This document shows positions 60,270 to 64,000 of a stretch of DNA of 64,000 bases, one piece after another. How positions within the stretch are numbered: position 1 is the stretch's first letter; each line of letters opens with the position of its first letter. The position numbers were made by a program, and so were the translations under genes. The notes under the pieces are model-generated. The model was not told the origin of the DNA. It searched no databases and worked only from the letters and a program-made list of their open reading frames with translations. Origin of the DNA: Selaginella moellendorffii (taxonomy: Eukaryota > Plantae > Lycopodiophyta); the NCBI RefSeq assembly GCF_000143415.4, contig NW_003314377.1:62001-126000 (forward strand), written 5' to 3'.

Positions 60270-63200
60270 CTACCCTATGACTAAAGATTTCAACATGCAC
60301 ACGAAGTGCCGAAGCCAGTCTGCCTATACTGGCCCAAACTTCAAAAATCAATATAGGGACTATATCAAAGTTATAGACAATGATATCGTAGAGTCGTAAG
60401 TATCAATAAATAAATCTTAGATTAGAACAAAAAAGTATTCCAAGTAAGTTATCATTCGATAAACTAGTATGATAGGATAGGAACCACCAAGATCACTATC
60501 TTTGGAAAACATAGGATTCACCATCCAACAAAATTCAATAGCAAGTATATCATCAAGTAAACTCAATAAGAAAACTTAACTACCGAAGATTGTAGATAGT
60601 ATGCTAAACAACTTACAAAAGATAACTCAAAGAACATAAAGCATCATTGATTGATAAGCACAATGCTTGTGAATGTATAACCCGAAGGAAATAACATCCT
60701 AACCTACCAGAACTAACTTGAGCAACAATTAACAGAACAGAATGAATGCGGTAAGACTAACAAACACTCAGTCATGCCAACCATCGCATAAGTTAATCTG
60801 AATAGATCCCGGTCAATAATACCAAGGAACCATAGTTGCTTAAGTAAGTGTCAGCAACGTCCTATCGATATCTCAAACCCAAGAGACAAATCCAAGGCAA
60901 ACCACAAAGCACATATGGTATTGCGAAAAGCTATAAGCCATCAAAGAGAACAACTAACCATCATGAAAGATCATCAATCATCTCATCAATAGAGAAATGC
61001 ATAATCGTCATCCAAGAAAGAATCCACCATCCCAAAGAATGGCAAATTATTCTATATCAACAATAATCAAGCAAAAACCTTTGATAAGGACAATCAACTA
61101 TCTTAGATGATAGTCAATCATCACCAATGAATGCGAGATGCAAATATTAACAACATCAAAGCTAACAAGCCAAAATGCCTTCCCCAACAACTTCTAACAA
61201 ATGAAACAATGAGTACAAAACTCAAGGAACTAAAGCTCGAAGAAGCCTATAGCCAAGTCTTGCCTAATAATGATCACTTGAAGCCAACTTCAATGCGAAA
61301 GAAGAAATTGTGATGCAACTCACAATATCTTCCTCAACACATCCATAAGCCAAACTTCATAATGCCAAATCTAATGAAGAGCATGTCTGCATCAATCCAA
61401 AAGCTAAGCATAACAAAGCTATGCTCAATAAGTGATCATCAAACGATCGTCCATGAATCCATCTATAGCAATACATAACTCACTTCATAACAAGCCCAAA
61501 AAGAATCATTAATGATCGCTATATCCCAAACTCAAATCTAGCAAGGACTCAACATTCTAATATCAATCACTAACTCTTCCTCTCGTAGAGTTAGCATAGT
61601 CCACGACTAAATCACTTTTCAAGGAAAAGCTAAAGCTTAACCCTCTACTAAATAATCTCGTCTAAAACACAACTAACTCAACTTGCCACTCAGTTCGTTT
61701 GAACGTCAACACAGTTGCTAACTAGCAAATGCCCGAATGCCAACAACACAAAGCTATAGCCAAATCATCAACACTATCTTCATCAAGACTAATGAAACTC
61801 AATATCAATCCTACGGAGAGACATTTCATTTCACTTGAATCTCAATATCAACTATGTCAATGACAAGGCATCACTTCAATGCCATCAACACCATAACAAA
61901 GCTAGAAGAAAGCATAAGTGAATCACCACTCAAAACTTCCTAGCAACTAAGCTAACCAAGGTCAAAGATACTTTACTTAGTATCCGAGACCAATCCTCCA
62001 ACAATACTTAGTAACAGAGAACAGATCATCATGGAGTGATTCACCACGTCCAAGACTCAATAAAATCCAACACTATGGACTAGATGTAACCAAATGATAT
62101 CGACAGAGGTAGAGTCAACATAAAAAAAACCATGTAAGTCTAACGACACGATCCTCCGCAACATCATCTGGTAAAGCAAGCCCATCACTGCTAAATCATC
62201 ATCGAGCGAAGAAAGTATCAACAGTCTTTTGACAAAGTCTACAAGTAATCATTAGTCACAAAGCAACTAACAATCACCCTTCAACTTGCCTTCACAAGAC
62301 CCAAACACCAACTCTTATCATTAAGTTATATACTTGTCCAACATGAATGTGATACCCCAGGTACGAGATAAAAGTTCATAGACAAGCACAAACTAAATGA
62401 CCACTCGAATCCAACTCAACCGCGATAAGCTCACTAAAACATTTAGCCACTAACTCTAAGCAAAAGACTAGCTACGCATGATCAACACTCAGTCGAAACA
62501 AAAGTGAAGATCATAAGATGGACTCATGTCGGTACACAACCTCCTCATAGACAAAGCTATAGTATGGGTACCAACACCTCAACTCAAACAACTAAGTTGG
62601 ACATCTCCATCCTCAGCCAAGGTGCAAGGCTACCAAGACTAAGTCAAGATTAGTGAGAGCTCACTACTCTCATAGAGTCTTAGTGAAATGCAAGGTGCAA
62701 CCTGCTACCAAGCAAAACACTATAAAAGAAGGGCACAAGGGTCACCCTTCTTAGAAAAGTGCATCAGCCACTTTTCTACACTAACTCCAGACTCTATCCA
62801 ACTCAATTGCCTTAGCCCCAAAAATTAGCATCCCTTTCGGGTCGCATCATACAAACTATATACAAAGGTCTAAGCTAACCAAGGTTAACTCTAACCCCTT
62901 CACTAGTTTGTACTAGCTTACGAAAATGGAATGGTTTTCGGCAAAGTGATCAACAGATCAGCCATTGGGGAAGTCTAAGAAAATTTGTGGAAAAATTTCC
63001 ATCATAGAGAAAGAATGACTCTCAGTCCAGGATTGCAAACTTTCAAGTCAACCAACTTCCTCCTACTAACAACTTCACATAGGTTCACCTCAACACAAAT
63101 TCTCACGACCCATAATATGCTTAAGCATCGAACATCTTTGCCCATTTTTCCGACATCCAACACCGACATCCGCAAAAATGCAAAATGAACATCCAAGGCT

Positions 63201-64000
63201 TGATCACGAAGACCACATCTTCGGATATCCACCTTTGCACTAACACTCTTCTTCAACCACCATCAAGATCCAATGTGAAGCCAAAACACTAACAAGAAAA
63301 ATGACATGGAAAATCAAGATACAAGGAAAATTCCTCATCACTCGAAATAACAATGCCACTTCCACCAGCACAAGTGCTAGTGATGTTAATGCCTCAACTA
63401 CACACCTTCTCCATCCAAAAATTTACTCCAAGTGTTAACAGATCAACCGACAAGTTATAGCAAATGTATGCTATAACCCTTTTCCAACACCTTAATGGGC
63501 AAACTCAAGGAAACAAGGTACCAACTTAAGCTTAGCACCATGGATCACCATTGAGAATCTAGTCAAAGCTACTACAATGCTACTTCGTACAAGTAGATTA
63601 GCTTCACCATCAACCACTTTGGGGTTGATCATCATTTAACCAAGCAACTTTGTAAACGCATTACTCTTTATCACATGGATATGATATAAGCATCACAATG
63701 ACTTGATCATCAATTGAGCAACACCATGAGCAATGCCTATATCATTACTTCAAAAGTTTATGTGAGTATTAAGTGTCAACTCGATTCGACAAAATGCAAC
63801 ATAAATGCCACACTCTACCGATAGAAATTTACAACATCGAACACCACTAACTTTTGTTCATAACATGGACAAGTTCATGCCACTCTCTTTCCGACTAAAC
63901 TCAAAACTAATCCAACACCAAGCTATTCAATGAGCAATAGCAAAGTTCCCCGGAAAAGAATTGAGCATTGCAACCCAAGTCTTCTAATAGCAAGCCTAGA

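Larger units (their letters stand above)
30002..63255 (-). repeat. Right arm of large inverted duplication, expanded by three insertions totalling ~21 kb
   Basis: Reverse complement of 7076-19249 once 36250-48144, 50108-58021 and 59124-60269 (plus TSDs) are removed. Confidence 0.95.
49615..64000 (-). mobile_element. Mirror copy of family A LTR element; its 3' LTR (49615-58661) is split by the chromovirus and its internal region by the solo LTR
   Basis: Reverse complement of 7076-11661. It continues past 63255 with sequence absent from the left copy. Confidence 0.8.

Noticed and set aside
7076-63255. Arms as the terminal inverted repeats of one giant transposon
   Set aside because: The arms are mosaics of unrelated decayed elements, the outer boundary lies inside an LTR element, and no TSD was seen.

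Overview
Repeat-dominated nuclear DNA from a land plant (TTTAGGG repeats, tRNA-Met PBS chromoviruses, 42-56 bp introns; a lycophyte such as Selaginella is a guess). I found no intact host gene, only three PIG-T (GPI transamidase) pseudogene fragments. The window is organised as a large inverted duplication: left arm 7076-19249, right arm 30002-63255, spacer about 10.7 kb. The right arm alone carries three later insertions whose empty sites are visible in the left arm. (i) An 11.9 kb Sola-like DDD DNA transposon (36250-48144; 24-bp TIRs, 4-bp TSD ACTC). (ii) A full-length Galadriel-like chromovirus (50108-58021; TSD TCAGG) whose integrase is split by spliceosomal introns. (iii) A solo LTR of the same family (59124-60269; TSD CTACC). 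The most interesting object is the DNA transposon. Besides its transposase it encodes a large intron-containing accessory protein with, by eye, a ParB/Srx-like domain, a degenerate amino-methyltransferase-like fold, a partial histone-fold-like segment and an acidic tract, plus a small third ORF. It is studded end to end with about two dozen copies of a 24-bp palindrome (consensus AATGGCATGAGGCCTCATGCCATT), several inside its own tiny introns. This looks like a self-recognition or anti-silencing system, with parS/ParB-like or VANC-like logic. All domain assignments are manual motif readings and need profile or structure confirmation. All identities are by-eye estimates.
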